A stretch of DNA of 64,000 nt from Nemertoderma westbladi (Eukaryota > Animalia > Xenacoelomorpha), in contig JAUCBJ010007417.1 of the NCBI GenBank assembly GCA_032718475.1, positions 1 to 64,000 on the forward strand. The letters run 5' to 3'. Both the position numbers and the translations under genes were made by a program. Under the pieces are notes generated by a model. It was given only the letters and a program-made list of their open reading frames with translations, was not told where the DNA came from and ran no database searches. Each line of letters opens with the position of its first letter. The first letter of the stretch is position 1. Of the stretch, positions 51,051-63,342 are shown piece by piece.

Positions 51051-51548
51051 AATGAATATTAATTAAACTTATACAGTAAACCTAACCTTTAAATGAATAT
51101 TAATTAAACTTATACAGTAAACCTAACCTTTAAATGAATATTAATTAAACTTATACAGTAAACCTAACCTTTAAATGAATATTAATTAAACTTATACAGT
51201 AAACCTAACCTTTAAATGAATATTAATTAAACTTATACAGTAAACCTAACCTTTAAATGAATATTAATTAAACTTATACAGTAAACCTAACCTTTAAATG
51301 AATATTAATTAAACTTATACAGTAAACCTAACCTTTAAATGAATATTAATTAAACTTATACAGTAAACCTAACCTTTAAATGAATATTAATTAAACTTAT
51401 ACAGTAAAACCTAACCTTTAAATGAATATTAATTAAACTTATACAGTAAACCTAACCTTTAAATGAATATTAATTAAACTTATACAGTAAACCTAACCTT
51501 TAAATGAATATTAATTAAACTTATACAGTAAACCTAACCTTTAATTAA
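51051..51548. repeat. 41-bp AT-rich tandem repeat (~12 near-identical copies) in intron 4
   Basis: Unit aatgaatattaattaaacttatacagtaaacctaaccttta; unrelated to exon sequence; loose inverted flanks at ~51022 and ~51900 suggest it sits in a MITE. Confidence 0.9.
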
Positions 51549-52447
51549 TTACCGAGTATATTTATATCGAATTAATTCTAAATCAAATGATAAATAATAA
51601 TATAATATTATTTGGTGGTTTGGTTACCAAAATAGTTATCTCTATCCGTGTAAGTAATATTTAATTAATAAATTATTGATTTTATTTTTTGCATTAATTT
51701 TCAGTCACTTTTATTTATTATTTTAATCAAACGAAAGTTTCCAAATTCGTTTCAATTTTAACACAAAAACTTCACTTACCCTATTATCCTATCGTAGTTA
51801 GTAAAATATTTGCAATTTGTTTAACAAATTTAACAATTTATTTATTTTTGTAGATAAAGGTTTATATTTAGTGGTTAAAGGGGAAATATAGAAGATTCTT
51901 TCTTACAGAATCAGCCTCCTTATTAACCTTTAGGAAAGCAACGGGCAGTAAAAGTTAAAAATCGCAATATTCGTTTCCGGTGTTGGGCCACCGGGCACCG
52001 GCTGCTATAGAAATTGGCTTTAAAGTCACTAAAAATATCAACAATAATAATTTATCTTATAGGAATGAAAACTGTATATATTTCATTTATTTTATGTCGC
52101 TGAAGAAGAAGATGTCTCAATAGCGCCATAATATAGTTTTTATAATGTATTATTGTTGCTACGTCTTTGCCGACTTTGCAAAGCTGTGCCCAACAATAAA
52201 TTAATAGTTTGTTATAATAGCATCTGTACTATATCATAATAATACATCGAACAATTAATAGTGACTTAGTATTAGTTTTTACCCTAAAACTGTACAGAAC
52301 TGCATCATATTCAACGTGCACCTGATGGGTTATCTCATTATGATGTTTTAGAAGCGCAAAATTTGTAGAAAATTATTGTTTGTTTCTGGAAATGGATTTC
52401 CCTTCACGGATTATTTCATAATTAATAATTATTTTTATTTCCGATAG

Positions 52448-52947
52448 GCTCACTCTTTGTTCGGTAACGGACAGATGTTCCGACTGCTTGCTCTCCACTC
52501 CCAGATCCCCAGACAGGATCAACGCAGGGTATTCGACCACACCCCTCCCGGAGTCACCAAGATAATCATATCGACAAACATCGCGGAATCCTCTATAACC
52601 ATCGACGACGTTGTCTTTGTTATCGACTCATGTAAGGCCAAGATTAAACTCTTCACGTCGCACAACAACATGACCAACTACGCGACGGTGTGGGCCTCGC
52701 GAACCAACCTCGAGCAGCGACGGGGCCGGGCGGGTAGGGTGCGGCCGGGTTTCGCCTTCCACCTGTGCTCGGCCGCGCGCTACGCCCGACTCAACGAGCA
52801 CGCAGTCCCCGAGATCCTCCGGACCCCGCTGCACGAGATCGCGCTCTCGGTCAAACTGCTGCGACTCGGTGACATCCGCGCGTTCCTCGCCAAGGCCCTC
52901 GAACCGCCTCCTATAGACATGGTGGTTGAGGCTGAAGTCACTCTCAG
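52448..52947 (+). CDS. DHX9: DHX9 coding exon 5 (motifs V-VI)
   Basis: [45 protein letters not shown]; acceptor ATAG|GCT, donor AG|GTATAA; phase 0 to 2. Confidence 0.96.
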
Positions 52948-53020
52948 GTATAATTAGAAGTCCTTTATAATACCTTTATAAACTTATTGTAATTTTCGTT
53001 GTGCACTACCTAGCAAATTC

Positions 53021-53100
53021 GGCATCCAGGTGGGATCGAACTGCTGACCTCCAGGTTGGAAGTCTTTCAGCTGTAAACTCAGCAGATAAATGGTAGACCG
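53021..53100 (-). mobile_element. tRNA-derived SINE head fragment
   Basis: The - strand reads cttccaacctggaggtcagcagttcgatcccacctggatgcc (B box GTTCGATCC); no complete cloverleaf. Confidence 0.45.
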
Positions 53101-53834
53101 GGGAAGTGGAAAACTATCTTAGTAATGTATGTCCGCAATTTACCTCAGAACTGTCAATCATCTACAGTCTATGTCCTCAACTCTATGATGTACTTCGCGT
53201 TCTTATCCTCTCGCTACTAATGAACTACTTCGCTATAGCTATCCCCGAAGGGAAATTATAATTAATAACATAACATAATGCTACTCTGGGCTATTATAAT
53301 TCGTTTGAAATGCGTACAGTTTTATACAGTAACAGTTGTAACACGGATATCGCAATAAACAAACCTAAGGAACAATTTGTAACTATGGTAACTAACGTTG
53401 GTAATGTTAAGTGTTATTATCGAATCTTTCATTGAATAACGAAAAGGGGTTATTTCTTTTAAATATACGACGGTTATTCGAAATTAAGCTGAGTTAAATC
53501 GGGAAGATTTAAACCAAGTTTATTTTCGAGAACGTCGTTTGTTTTGTAATAAAAACCGTAGTTTACAGGTTTAAACCGTATGCTTTAGGGGCTATAAATG
53601 TAAAAAACACGTCTGTGTTTGTAAAACCATGGTTATTTCCGAATGCTATAAAACTACGACTATTATTATTATCACCTTTAAATATATGAAGATTATTTTT
53701 TATTTATATTTTATTGATTTAAATTAACCCGCGTGGTTACATTTGAACCGCGGCAGTGATTATAAACTAATGATGTTGCAACACCAACTACACTAAACTT
53801 GCAACACCGTTTATTTTCTAAACCGTTTTTTCAG

Positions 53835-54733
53835 AGTGCCGGATAATCCTGGATCATATGGAATGGAAAAATAGTTTTATTCTTAAATTGATACTTTTTC
53901 GCTCGAAAATACCCCAAAATCGGGATCAAAAGGAGTACATTTTTTCCCTAGGGAAAAAGAGAACCCAGGATTGTATTGATTTTACTTTTTTTCGCCGAAA
54001 AAATCTAAATTAAACATGAGAAAATATTTTTGGATTTATTTCTTAAATTTTATGAGATGTGTTGAATGAGCTTTGAAGTAGAAAAGGTTTGCATGTAATT
54101 TGAGCAAAATCCATTGAAACACTCAAAAAGTTATTGCAACTTTAGTGTCTGCAATGCGAACTCCAAAACGGAACTCAATATCCATCCAATAGGGTTGGTG
54201 TGCGAAAAAATTGTTGGGCTAGAAACAATTGAATGAGGGGTAATAAGGTGCCCTCAATCGAGTGGCGGGGTGTGTTTTTTTGTAAAAACACGAGGAAACG
54301 TTCTAAATGGCGGGTTTAATTAAGCGCGAGACGGGAAGCCCATTGTGAAAATCGGCTGTGATTGGCTGCTACATATTACGCAGTACTTGATCTGATAACT
54401 TTTTATCTTGGTTTCTATGGATAGACATTTTCGATCGATTCAAAAACATATTAAATCTCAATCATTTTTCACACGTGGCTTATATCACTATATTATTTAC
54501 ATTGACTAAGGCAGCATCAGGAGTTGAAGAGCTAATCACAGTAAAATACTCAATGTTCAATATTTTATATTTTATTTTACTTTTTTCGCCGGGAAAAAAG
54601 TAAAATCATTGCAATCCTATGGGTTACTTTTTTTCCATCTAGGGAAAAAGGTGCCCCTTTTTCTCCCGATTTTGGTTTTGAAAACTAACACAATATTATC
54701 TCTACAATCAGACGATATGATATTAGACGGCGC
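53835..54733. mobile_element. Degenerate MITE with long imperfect inverted repeats (intron 5)
   Basis: ccaaaatcggga...tttttccctagggaaaaa (53914-53958) is inverted relative to 54628-54675; exact ends uncertain. Confidence 0.5.
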
Positions 54734-55162
54734 TAACGCCGAGGATATTTTTCCCCAAGTAAACTAATATATAATATTTAAGATAAAAACGGAAACCACT
54801 CTTTTCATTAAATTTTCTAGCGAAATTCAGATATTCTGTCCTCGTGTGTTGAGTTTTCCACTCGTTGGCATTCTAGCACTCACTTCAATTTTGTAAAATT
54901 CAACCACTAAGACAGAATAGTTGAATTTCGCCAAACTGAAAATAAGTGAAAATATCGAATTTTCTTTCAACAAATATTTTTTTATAATAATAGTCTCCAC
55001 TCCACCACTTTTTTAAAAACATTTTACTCGAAAATTAAACAGGATTTACAAACTGTAACCCATTATTAATAATTATTCGATAATTATTCGAATAATTGTT
55101 TATTAAAAATTAACTTCGAATGGAATTCCATATTCTAGTTGTCTATGTTTGTTTGTTTCCAG

Positions 55163-56687
55163 GGAGATGAAGGCGTTGGACGTGCAGGATGAGTTGACGG
55201 CTCTCGGACGACTTCTCGCCCGGATGCCAATAGAACCGCGACTCGGGAAGATGGTCATAATGGGGAGCATCTTCGGTGTGGCCGACGCGATGGCCGTAAT
55301 CGGGGCGATGACCTGCTTCCCGGAGCCGTTCGAGAGCCCCGGCGAGCGACGCAAACTGACGTTCGCGCAGCGCGCCATGGCCGGAAGCCGGTGTAGCGAC
55401 CACGTGGCGTTACTCACCGCCTTCCAGGGATGGGAGGATGCGCGTACTGTAGGCGGCGACCGCGGCGAGGAGATGTACTGCGAGCGGAAGCTGCTGAATA
55501 TGTCGACCCTTCGGATGACCTCGGAAGCGGTGAACCAACTCAAGGATATCCTAATGGCCGCGGGATTCCCGGAAGAGCGGTTACTCCCCACGCAGTACAG
55601 CAACACCGGCCCCGACAGTAAACTCGATCTGGTCATCTCGTTGCTCACACTCGGTCTCTACCCCAACGTTTGTTTCCACAAGGAGAAACGAAAGATCATC
55701 ACGCAAGGCGGTCGACTCGCTTTGGTTCATAAACTCAGCGTTAATTGCTCGAACGAAGGCCGCGTATTTCCTTCGCCGTATTTCGTTTTCGGCGAGAAGA
55801 TTCGCACTCGAGCTGTTTCCGCGAAACAGATGACCATGGTGACCCCGGTGCAGCTTCTATTGTTTGGTTGTCGGAATGTGCAGAGTGAAGGTGGTCTCGT
55901 TCGTATGGACGATTGGTTGAACTTTCGGATGGAGCATAAGGAAGCCGCCAATGTTGTCGCTATTCGGCAGGTGATGGAGGACTTTGTGATGAGGGTTTGT
56001 TCGGATCCCGATATGTTGGCTGGGGATCTTGGGGAAGAAGATCGGGAGTTGTGCGAGGTGGTTCGGTTGCTGTCCCGGCCGAGTATAGGGGCGAGGAGTG
56101 CGGAGGAGGTGGGGGCAATGGGGGGCGACCAGGGGGGGCCGTCGGCGAAACGGATGCGGCCGAGTGGGGGTGTGTACGGGGGAGGGGGGTATGGGGGTGG
56201 GGGGTACGGGGGAGGGGGTGGGGGGTACGGGGGAGGGGGCTACCAAGGTAATAGGGGGTTTAGGGGTGGTGGTGGTGGTAGGGGTTACGACTTTGGTGGG
56301 GCGGCCCGTGGTGGGGGGTTTGGCGGCGGAGGGGGGCCCCCAGGGGGCTTCGATTCTGGATCTGGAGAGAGTTACTCGGGCGGTCCGTATATGGGCGACG
56401 GGGGCGCTACTGATGGGAACGCCGCCCAGAACGGAGGCGACGGCCGTTGGGGCGGCCCTAGGGGCGGTTCCTGGGCGGCCAGGCCGTCGTTACAAGGGAG
56501 CGGTGCCCCCCCGCCGGGTGGCCCAAGGGGGGGCGGACCCCCAGGGCCCAGGGGGTTCAGGGCTGGGCGGGGGATAGTTGGTGCTGGTCCCTATGGGGCC
56601 GATTTTGGGGCGAATAGGGGGGCTCCGCGAGGCGCCCCTAGGGGCAGTTGGCGGCACCAAGGATACGGTTCTAGCACGGGTTACTAG
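55163..56687 (+). CDS. DHX9: DHX9 coding exon 6: HA2, OB-fold, NLS-like segment, Gly/RGG-rich tail, stop
   Basis: (R)EMKALD...LGRLLARMPIEPRLGKM, SDHVALL, LYPNVCFHKEKRK, PSPYFVFGEKIRTRAVSAK; PSAKRMRP followed by GGY/RGG repeats; CCAG|G acceptor in phase 2. Confidence 0.96.
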
Positions 56688-57004
56688 GCAACCAGTATAC
56701 TGGTTACTAGGCAGCTACAATGACTTATGATAACTCTGTTTCGCTTCATTGTTTGTCCACTTCTATAAACGTATTTTTGTTTTTTGCAATTCTCAACATC
56801 GTAGCTTAAGTGACATAAAATAACAATTTTTCAGTCTATAGATTTATCTAGAGAGATTTAGGGCCTTTCTGTAGTGCAATATTGCCCAGTGGGTTATGGG
56901 GCTTTACAAATAATCATCAGTCCCAACCCATTATTGGTTAAAGTGTTCAAAACTTCATCACCTAATAGAGTATAGCATGTCTTAAAGTGTGAAATAGTAT
57001 AAAA

Positions 57005-57010
57005 AAATAA
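57005..57010 (+). terminator. Candidate DHX9 polyadenylation signal
   Basis: AATAAA about 320 nt after the stop; no transcript evidence. Confidence 0.3.
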
Positions 57011-57474
57011 AATCCGACACAACTCGACACCTTATGACACTTAAGTTACGACAAACTACTATGACTGATTTATGGATTGTCGATATGCAATTCTAGAGTA
57101 TTTAGTTCAATTCAACTTACAATATCCTAATAGTTACAAAAGTTGAAAGTTTAGTAATATCGTTGTTAGTTCGGTTTAATCTTCACCACTAAACATAACT
57201 TGTTTCCATGACATTTTGTGTTTGTTTTGTTTCCTTTTGAATTATTATATACGTAAAGAAAACATAACTCAGTTCCATTTTATTTATAATATACATCAAA
57301 CAAACCCACTACCACGTTGTTTTTAGAAGACATTGGGGGTGGTATGGGTGTCTTACGGGGGAGATTGTGTCCGCAGTTAGTTTTCTTTATTGATATAGCA
57401 TTGTGTCTCTTACAGTACAAAATTTAAAATGTTTTATTATTAAATTGTTATTTTTCGCAGTTCGCACGAATATG

Positions 57475-57801
57475 GGTAGGTGTAAAACGCGGATCCGGAT
57501 CCGGATTCAGGATCCGGATACGGATCAGGACCCGGATTTGCGAGTGTAAAAGGCGGATCCGGATTTACATACAATCCGTAACTGAGTGTAATATGCGGAT
57601 TCTGAAATACGCAATCCGTATTGCAGTGTAAAACGCGGATTCATATATTTTGTGAATCCGGAATGGAGTGTAAAATACGGATTTACGTTAATTACCAAGT
57701 TTTGTTGGATCCGGAATGGAGTGTAAAACACGGATTTTCGTTAATTACCAAGTTTTGTTGGATCCGGAATGGAGTGTAATACACGGATTTTCGTTAATTA
57801 C
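57475..57801. mobile_element. One end of a MITE-like element with gtgtaaaa..cggat subterminal repeats, cut by the LTR insertion
   Basis: Repeated gtgtaaaacgcggat/ggatccgg motifs; the last ~52-bp unit breaks off at ttaattac|tgttat. Confidence 0.5.
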
Positions 57802-58163
57802 TGTTATGTTGTATGAATATATGGAAATCTATATAAACATTACGACATTATAATATTATTATTAGAACTTCATTATGTAGGTTAGCAACACATGCATACC
57901 GGCACCACAGTACTAAAGCACTATGACAGTATCAGACATATTGGTAGGCCTAGCCTAAACAACAATATAGATATGTAACAATCGCGGTACCGGTAAAGAT
58001 ATATATATTTTTTTTTTTTAATAACTACACCCCAGTCGGGGTAAAATGACTGTATATTAATTAATTTTAATTAAATACCATATAATATTATATACACCGA
58101 AATAACATGATAATTATTGAAGTCGATACAGTACAGTTTAGTTAGGCCTTAAATATTGATTTG

Positions 58164-61017
58164 TTATGGTTGTGCTAAGGTTGATAAGGGTGGACAAAGT
58201 GTACATGAAAGACAGTGATAGCGGTCCGAGCATGAGTGCTGGCAGAATCGGCAGACGCAGTTCTGTGACAGCGGGTGAAAAAGAGTTTGATCGGTGCAGA
58301 GTTTAAAATGAAAACCATGGGAAGTTGTCCGAGTTACAACGTGTCGGTTTTTCTGGTTTTGGCGTTTCCATATGTCCGAGGTGAAAGCGGGCCCGTTTAT
58401 AAAACCTTCTTGGATGAAATTTAATTCGCGTTCCTCTCGGTGTACTCTGTATAATGAGATTGCGTTTCGATTGAAGGTATTTGGGTTGCGTTCTAGAATG
58501 CACTCGACAAACATTTGTTGATCAATAAGCTTTAGTGCCATAGTGGAAGATGCGGATTTGTGTAAGGCCAGCATTGATTTAGCGAATGCTGATTTTATTT
58601 TATCTACTTCTTTTAAATGTGCCAGTGTAAAATAAGGACCGATTTCTGTGAACGCGTATGTTACCAAAGGGTCTATTTTAGAATTAAAAATTTTGATGGC
58701 AGTGTCAATTGATAATAAACGGAGGTGCTGTATTGAGCCAATAATTCCAAATGCCTTTATTTTCTTTAATTGAATATGCTGTGTGAATGATAATGAAGGC
58801 TGGAGAGTAATTCCTAGGTATTCGTATTTATTCTCGAGTTTGACTATATTATTTCCATATGTGAATTTGTCATCTTTGCTGTATCGACCGCCCTTGCGAA
58901 ATTTAATAATCTTTGTTTTCAATAAATTTACTTCCATACCGTTTAATTTACACCAGTTGGATATAACATCGAGAGCTGATTGGACGTCGCATCTGTTACT
59001 GGAGTATATCACCAAATCGTCTGCATAGAATATGAATTTGAGTAAGGCAGCTACATTTCTTAGTGCCGTTGCTAGGTCGGCAATGAATAAAATAAAGCAG
59101 GTGGGGCTCAGACAGTCCCCCTGTAAAATCCCTCGTAATTGTTCAATGAGGTTCGAGTAACGGAGACCATCAAAGATGCGGAAATAATTACATAACAATT
59201 CCTTTATTATGTCGAAGGTCTTTCCCCTCACACCTAAGTTGTAGAGCTTGTTTAGTAATACTTTACGGCTTAAAAGGTCAAACGCTTTCCGGAAATCAAC
59301 AAATAATGCATATGTTATTCTTGATTGTCTAGTGGGCGAGTTAAAGGCTGTTGTAATGTCCTGAAGTAACTTCGATATAGCATGTATTGTAGATCGTTGA
59401 GGGACAAAACCAAACTGTTCGAGTGGAATGAAGTTAGCGAGAGCGCTGCGTATTCGCTTGTTAATAGTCGACGTGAGAATTTTCAGAAGAACACACAGAA
59501 GAGCTATCCCGCGGTAGTTGTCGGGGTCCGTGATTTTTCCAGATTGAAGGCAATTTCCCAATATCAAAGCAGACGTTATAGAGTAGAGTTATTAATGATA
59601 AAAGTTGTGGAATCCCCTGTTTTATGTGCTCATAGTATATGCCGTCATGTCCGCACGCCTTGTTGTTTGGTAGGTCGGTAATTGTCTCTAGAATTTCCGA
59701 TTCTGTAAACTGTTCATTGAACCACTCGTCCAGCTCGCGTTCGGGATCAGATGAAACCGGGGTAGTAGCCACTCCTTCAGGATCATTTGGAGTTCCTAGT
59801 AAGTCCGTAAAATGTTCCTCGAGCCGTGTAGCATCAATGGGAGCAATCGACGGTTTATGTTTCTGCTTGAAAAGGGACCAGGGAGTAATTTCGACGCGGA
59901 CGATCAGATCCAATAGTTTATCATTGTCGTAGGCGTTTCGTTTATCCTTTACTAGAGATTTATATTGCTTCCGTAGACGCCAGAAGTGTGTGTTAGCGTC
60001 TGTAGAAACGTGACGAGACAACATAGCAGCCATTAATGTAGATTTTTGATTTCGGCATTCTTCGTCAAACCATGGCTTCCCATGGGTTACTCGGGGGCGT
60101 ATCAAATTGGAAGACCCGGTTATAGCATCATTTAGAAGTAGTGTGGCCGTGTTAATATCGCTATGAGTTACTAGATTTTCAAACACAAGTTGAAGATTCG
60201 CATGGTTAGAAAGTTTACCAGAATCAATTTTTCGTGTATATCGATGTGGCCTGCTGGGGATCTGAAGGTTTGAGTCTGTATTAAGATATATGTTTGCAGA
60301 GACTCTCTGATGTTTACGTATTGGACTGAGGTGGATTTGCAGCTGTGGTAGACAGCTTGGAGCCACCGAGGGGTAACGAATAAACACTAGATCTATTACA
60401 CTTTCTCCCTGGGGTGAGATGTAGGTAGGAGCAGATGGATCATTTAAACAATAGAATCCGAGTTGATTTAAATTATCTGATAAACATGCTCCACGGTTAC
60501 CCTTATCCAATCGACAGTTGAAATCGCCTGACACCACTATAGGTTTACTGTAGTCAGCGAATGAGATTGCTCGGTTAATAGAGAGAGTTATATCTTCTAG
60601 CGCAGTATCAGGGTTAAAGTAAAACACACTAAAATATCCCGAATTTGTTTTAATTGCTATGTAATTCCGATCCAGAGACACGATAGATGGATTCAAACAC
60701 GGTTTGCATAGAATAATTATACCTTCGGACGGCCGACCCCGGGTGCGTTTCAGCGCGGGTTGGATAAATGAGTAATAGTTTGGAAAATCAATTTCTGACT
60801 TACAATATAAAGTTTCGGTGAAGAGTAAAACATCTGCACTACTGCTTAGTTCATTGTCATCGACATTATCGCGAATAAACTGTAGGCCCTCAACATTCCA
60901 GAGAACAATGTTGAGGAGGCGCCCCGTACCTACTGGGGGTTGTGTTGTTGGGTTTGATTTGAGTCGTTGAGATGAGAGTCCGAATGAATAAGTGCCATTT
61001 GTCCCGTAGGAGGCCAC
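58164..61017 (-). pseudogene. LINE ORF2 (APE + RT), frameshifted by a deletion near 59540
   Basis: LWNVEGL, TET, GDFN; NYRGIALL, FVDFRKAFD, LQGDCLSP, YADD, KTKIIKFRKGG, YLG; split into 59461-61017 and 58164-59567, with the segment between PSIWK and KITDPDNYR missing. Confidence 0.88.
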
Positions 61018-61739
61018 ATTTGGTTGCCGAGATCCCCGTTCTCTCGCGGTCTGACTCCATACCGAGCACGTTCGTCACCGCGTAATTGATAGTTTCGGAT
61101 GGTTATTCCGCTATCCCAAAGTAGGGGATCCATGATTCGATCGCGATCGGACTGGTTGCACACAATGTGAAAGCTATTAAACGTTGGGTTTTCCATTCTC
61201 GACGTTACAGGGTTGACTTCACTAAAGGGTACTCCTTCAGCGGTTAGATACGATGTGATATCTTCAGCAGTTGTTGACGGTACTAGTCTGCCGATATGTA
61301 TGTGGGCATTACGTGGGGGTGATGGTGCTGCGCGAAGAGGGCCTCCGACCTTAACGCCGCGAGCGACTGGCGCGGTGCCCGGGGGTCTATAATATCGAGG
61401 AGGTCCTGGAGGGGGGGCAGATGTTTGTGTACCGGGTGGGAGTCCCTGAGTGTTACCGGTAGGCCTTGCAGCATCAGCATATGAAACCGAGGTACTGGTA
61501 GGTGGGGGCGGGGTAACGGATCTGGAAGACTGGAGCTTTATCAGGTTGTCTTTCGAGGATATCGATTCCTGTTGAGCATTTGCGAGCCTACCCAAACAGG
61601 AGGTGAACATGGCCGACATGTCCATCAGTTTATCCGTTACTAGTTTCTCATCTTCATTAGATACACTCTTTTTCAATTTGGCATTCCTGAATAGTCTGAG
61701 GATTTCTTCTTGGTGCGCGCTAAATTTATCCGGATCCAT
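60930..61739 (-). CDS. LINE ORF1 (coiled-coil + RRM-like)
   Basis: SYADAA motif; IHIGRLVPSTTAEDITSYL...SFHI...LWDSGITIRNY RRM-like segment; lies directly 5' of ORF2. Confidence 0.8.
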   Translation of the reverse strand: MDPDKFSAHQEEILRLFRNAKLKKSVSNEDEKLVTDKLMDMSAMFTSCLGRLANAQQESISSKDNLIKLQSSRSVTPPPPTSTSVSYADAARPTGNTQGLPPGTQTSAPPPGPPRYYRPPGTAPVARGVKVGGPLRAAPSPPRNAHIHIGRLVPSTTAEDITSYLTAEGVPFSEVNPVTSRMENPTFNSFHIVCNQSDRDRIMDPLLWDSGITIRNYQLRGDERARYGVRPRENGDLGNQMWPPTGQMALIHSDSHLNDSNQTQQHNPQ

Positions 61740-61979
61740 AAGAAGATCAGCAGTACAGCAGTGAGTCAGTCACACAGCAGTACCAAGCGTACAGTCTTAC
61801 AGTCCCAGTTGGACAAGTAGGCAATGTCAAAGGTTGTATGTGTGCTGTGTATTTAATAGTTAATAGACACCTTAATAATTTGTCTATGTCGTGGGAACGT
61901 GACCTCTCTGGTAGAGCGGCTCTGTAGACAATTATATATATCATATCATATCATATCATATATGATATGATATGATATA

Positions 61980-63108
61980 CAGTTGTGTTCTCAATTAAAG
62001 TCCATTCTTCAATCTGTTCAATCTGTTCAATTTCCTCAATCTGTAAAACTCTTTCATGGCACCGCAAGTTTCTAGCCTACTGAGTGATTGACAGACGGTC
62101 GTGGTTGGCTCCACAAAGTAAAGCTGTTTGTTGATTTGACTGAGTAGATTAATGCAGGGTTCAGATAAATTATGGGGCACTTGCAAGCCAATAAAGTAAA
62201 TGTATTTTAGTAAGCATTATTTACAGTATATTACAAATTAAATGTTTACTAACTGATTACATTTAACATGGTATAGCAAATAAATGTACTATTTAAAAAT
62301 AAAAACGTTTAAAATATCTAAAGCGGCTAAAGCGATAACGAACGGTTTTTCTAAACATAAACTATCTAAGGGACATGCAGCACATTAAATATTGTATATA
62401 AGAGATTGCATTATAATGATCTAATGATTATGATTATATTTTTTCATTCCTTGTTGTGTTATTTGCATGCTTTTATTTGTATATTTAAATTAAATAATTG
62501 AATAATAATTAACATAAATATATTTAATTATAAACAATTATTTATTGAAAAATTATTTCTACAGAACAATACATTCTACCAAGCATTTTTCCAGGGGCTT
62601 ATTCGTTTATTGTAATAATTAATGCAGGGAATAGTGCGGTTAGCCAAGTCAAATAATCTACAGTACATTGTATAGACTGCAACTGGAAAGGAGGAATTTA
62701 ACTACAGTATTCTACAGTACACTACCGCAATTCAGTAGAACACCACACACACACCAACTGTATTGTTACAGTGCCTGTCAATCAATCTAAGGCTTTGCGG
62801 GATCCCATTAGTAGCCTGGCCTATAGTTGTTTGATGCAGCCGCCATGCTCTTTGAGCTTAGTCTACCCGCCTAGCCGCCCTGCTCTTTATTCCCCTGCCC
62901 TATACTAACCCATGGCATATCTGCACAGAGGGATACTTCGGCTCTACATTTTCAATCTGTTAAATCTGATCAATCTAGACAGAAAGTCTGGATTGAAGAA
63001 GTTGAACGTAGGTTCAATTTCATCAATCTAACTATTATTTTTCTACGAGAGTAGATTGATTCGGATTGATGCAGATTGAAGAATGGATTTTAATTGTGAA
63101 CAAGACTG
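61980..63108. mobile_element. Tc1/mariner (pogo-like) MITE
   Basis: ~36-bp imperfect TIR cagt...gttc.caattaaa.tccattcttcaatctg, TA on both flanks, subterminal caatct repeats, no ORF. Confidence 0.8.
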
Positions 63109-63342
63109 TATATCTTATATATATATATCTTTGATATATATCATATCAAAGATATATATCAGATATATAACAACTCCCCTTTCTTTCAGTTTAATGTCTG
63201 GACTATAGTTAATTATCCTATAATTTCCTTTCCTTTCCTTTCCTTTCGAGTTTAAAATATAACTTTCTTCTTATTTAAAATGTTTCAATCACAATTAAAC
63301 TTTTCCAGTTTAAAATATAACTTTCGTCCTAATCAAAATATT

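Larger units (their letters stand above)
58008..61930 (-). mobile_element. Near full-length LINE (RTE-X/Proto2-like), ORF2 disrupted
   Basis: ORF1 + APE/RT ORF2 with Cys-rich C-terminus; poly(A) tail seen as a T-run at 58008-58019; both flanks are TA-rich. Confidence 0.88.

Noticed and set aside
51051-51548. 41-bp repeat as a fourth splice-junction-derived array or a telomeric tract
   Set aside because: No similarity to exon 4/5 boundaries; the cctaacc motif occurs once per unit only.
53021-53100. Functional tRNA gene
   Set aside because: Only a B-box/3'-half resemblance; acceptor and D stems cannot be formed.
13149-56577. Antisense or alternative-frame ORFs over DHX9 exons (e.g. 13149-13649, 55103-55648, 56098-56577)
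   Set aside because: Expected shadows of GC-rich coding sequence; no recognisable domains.
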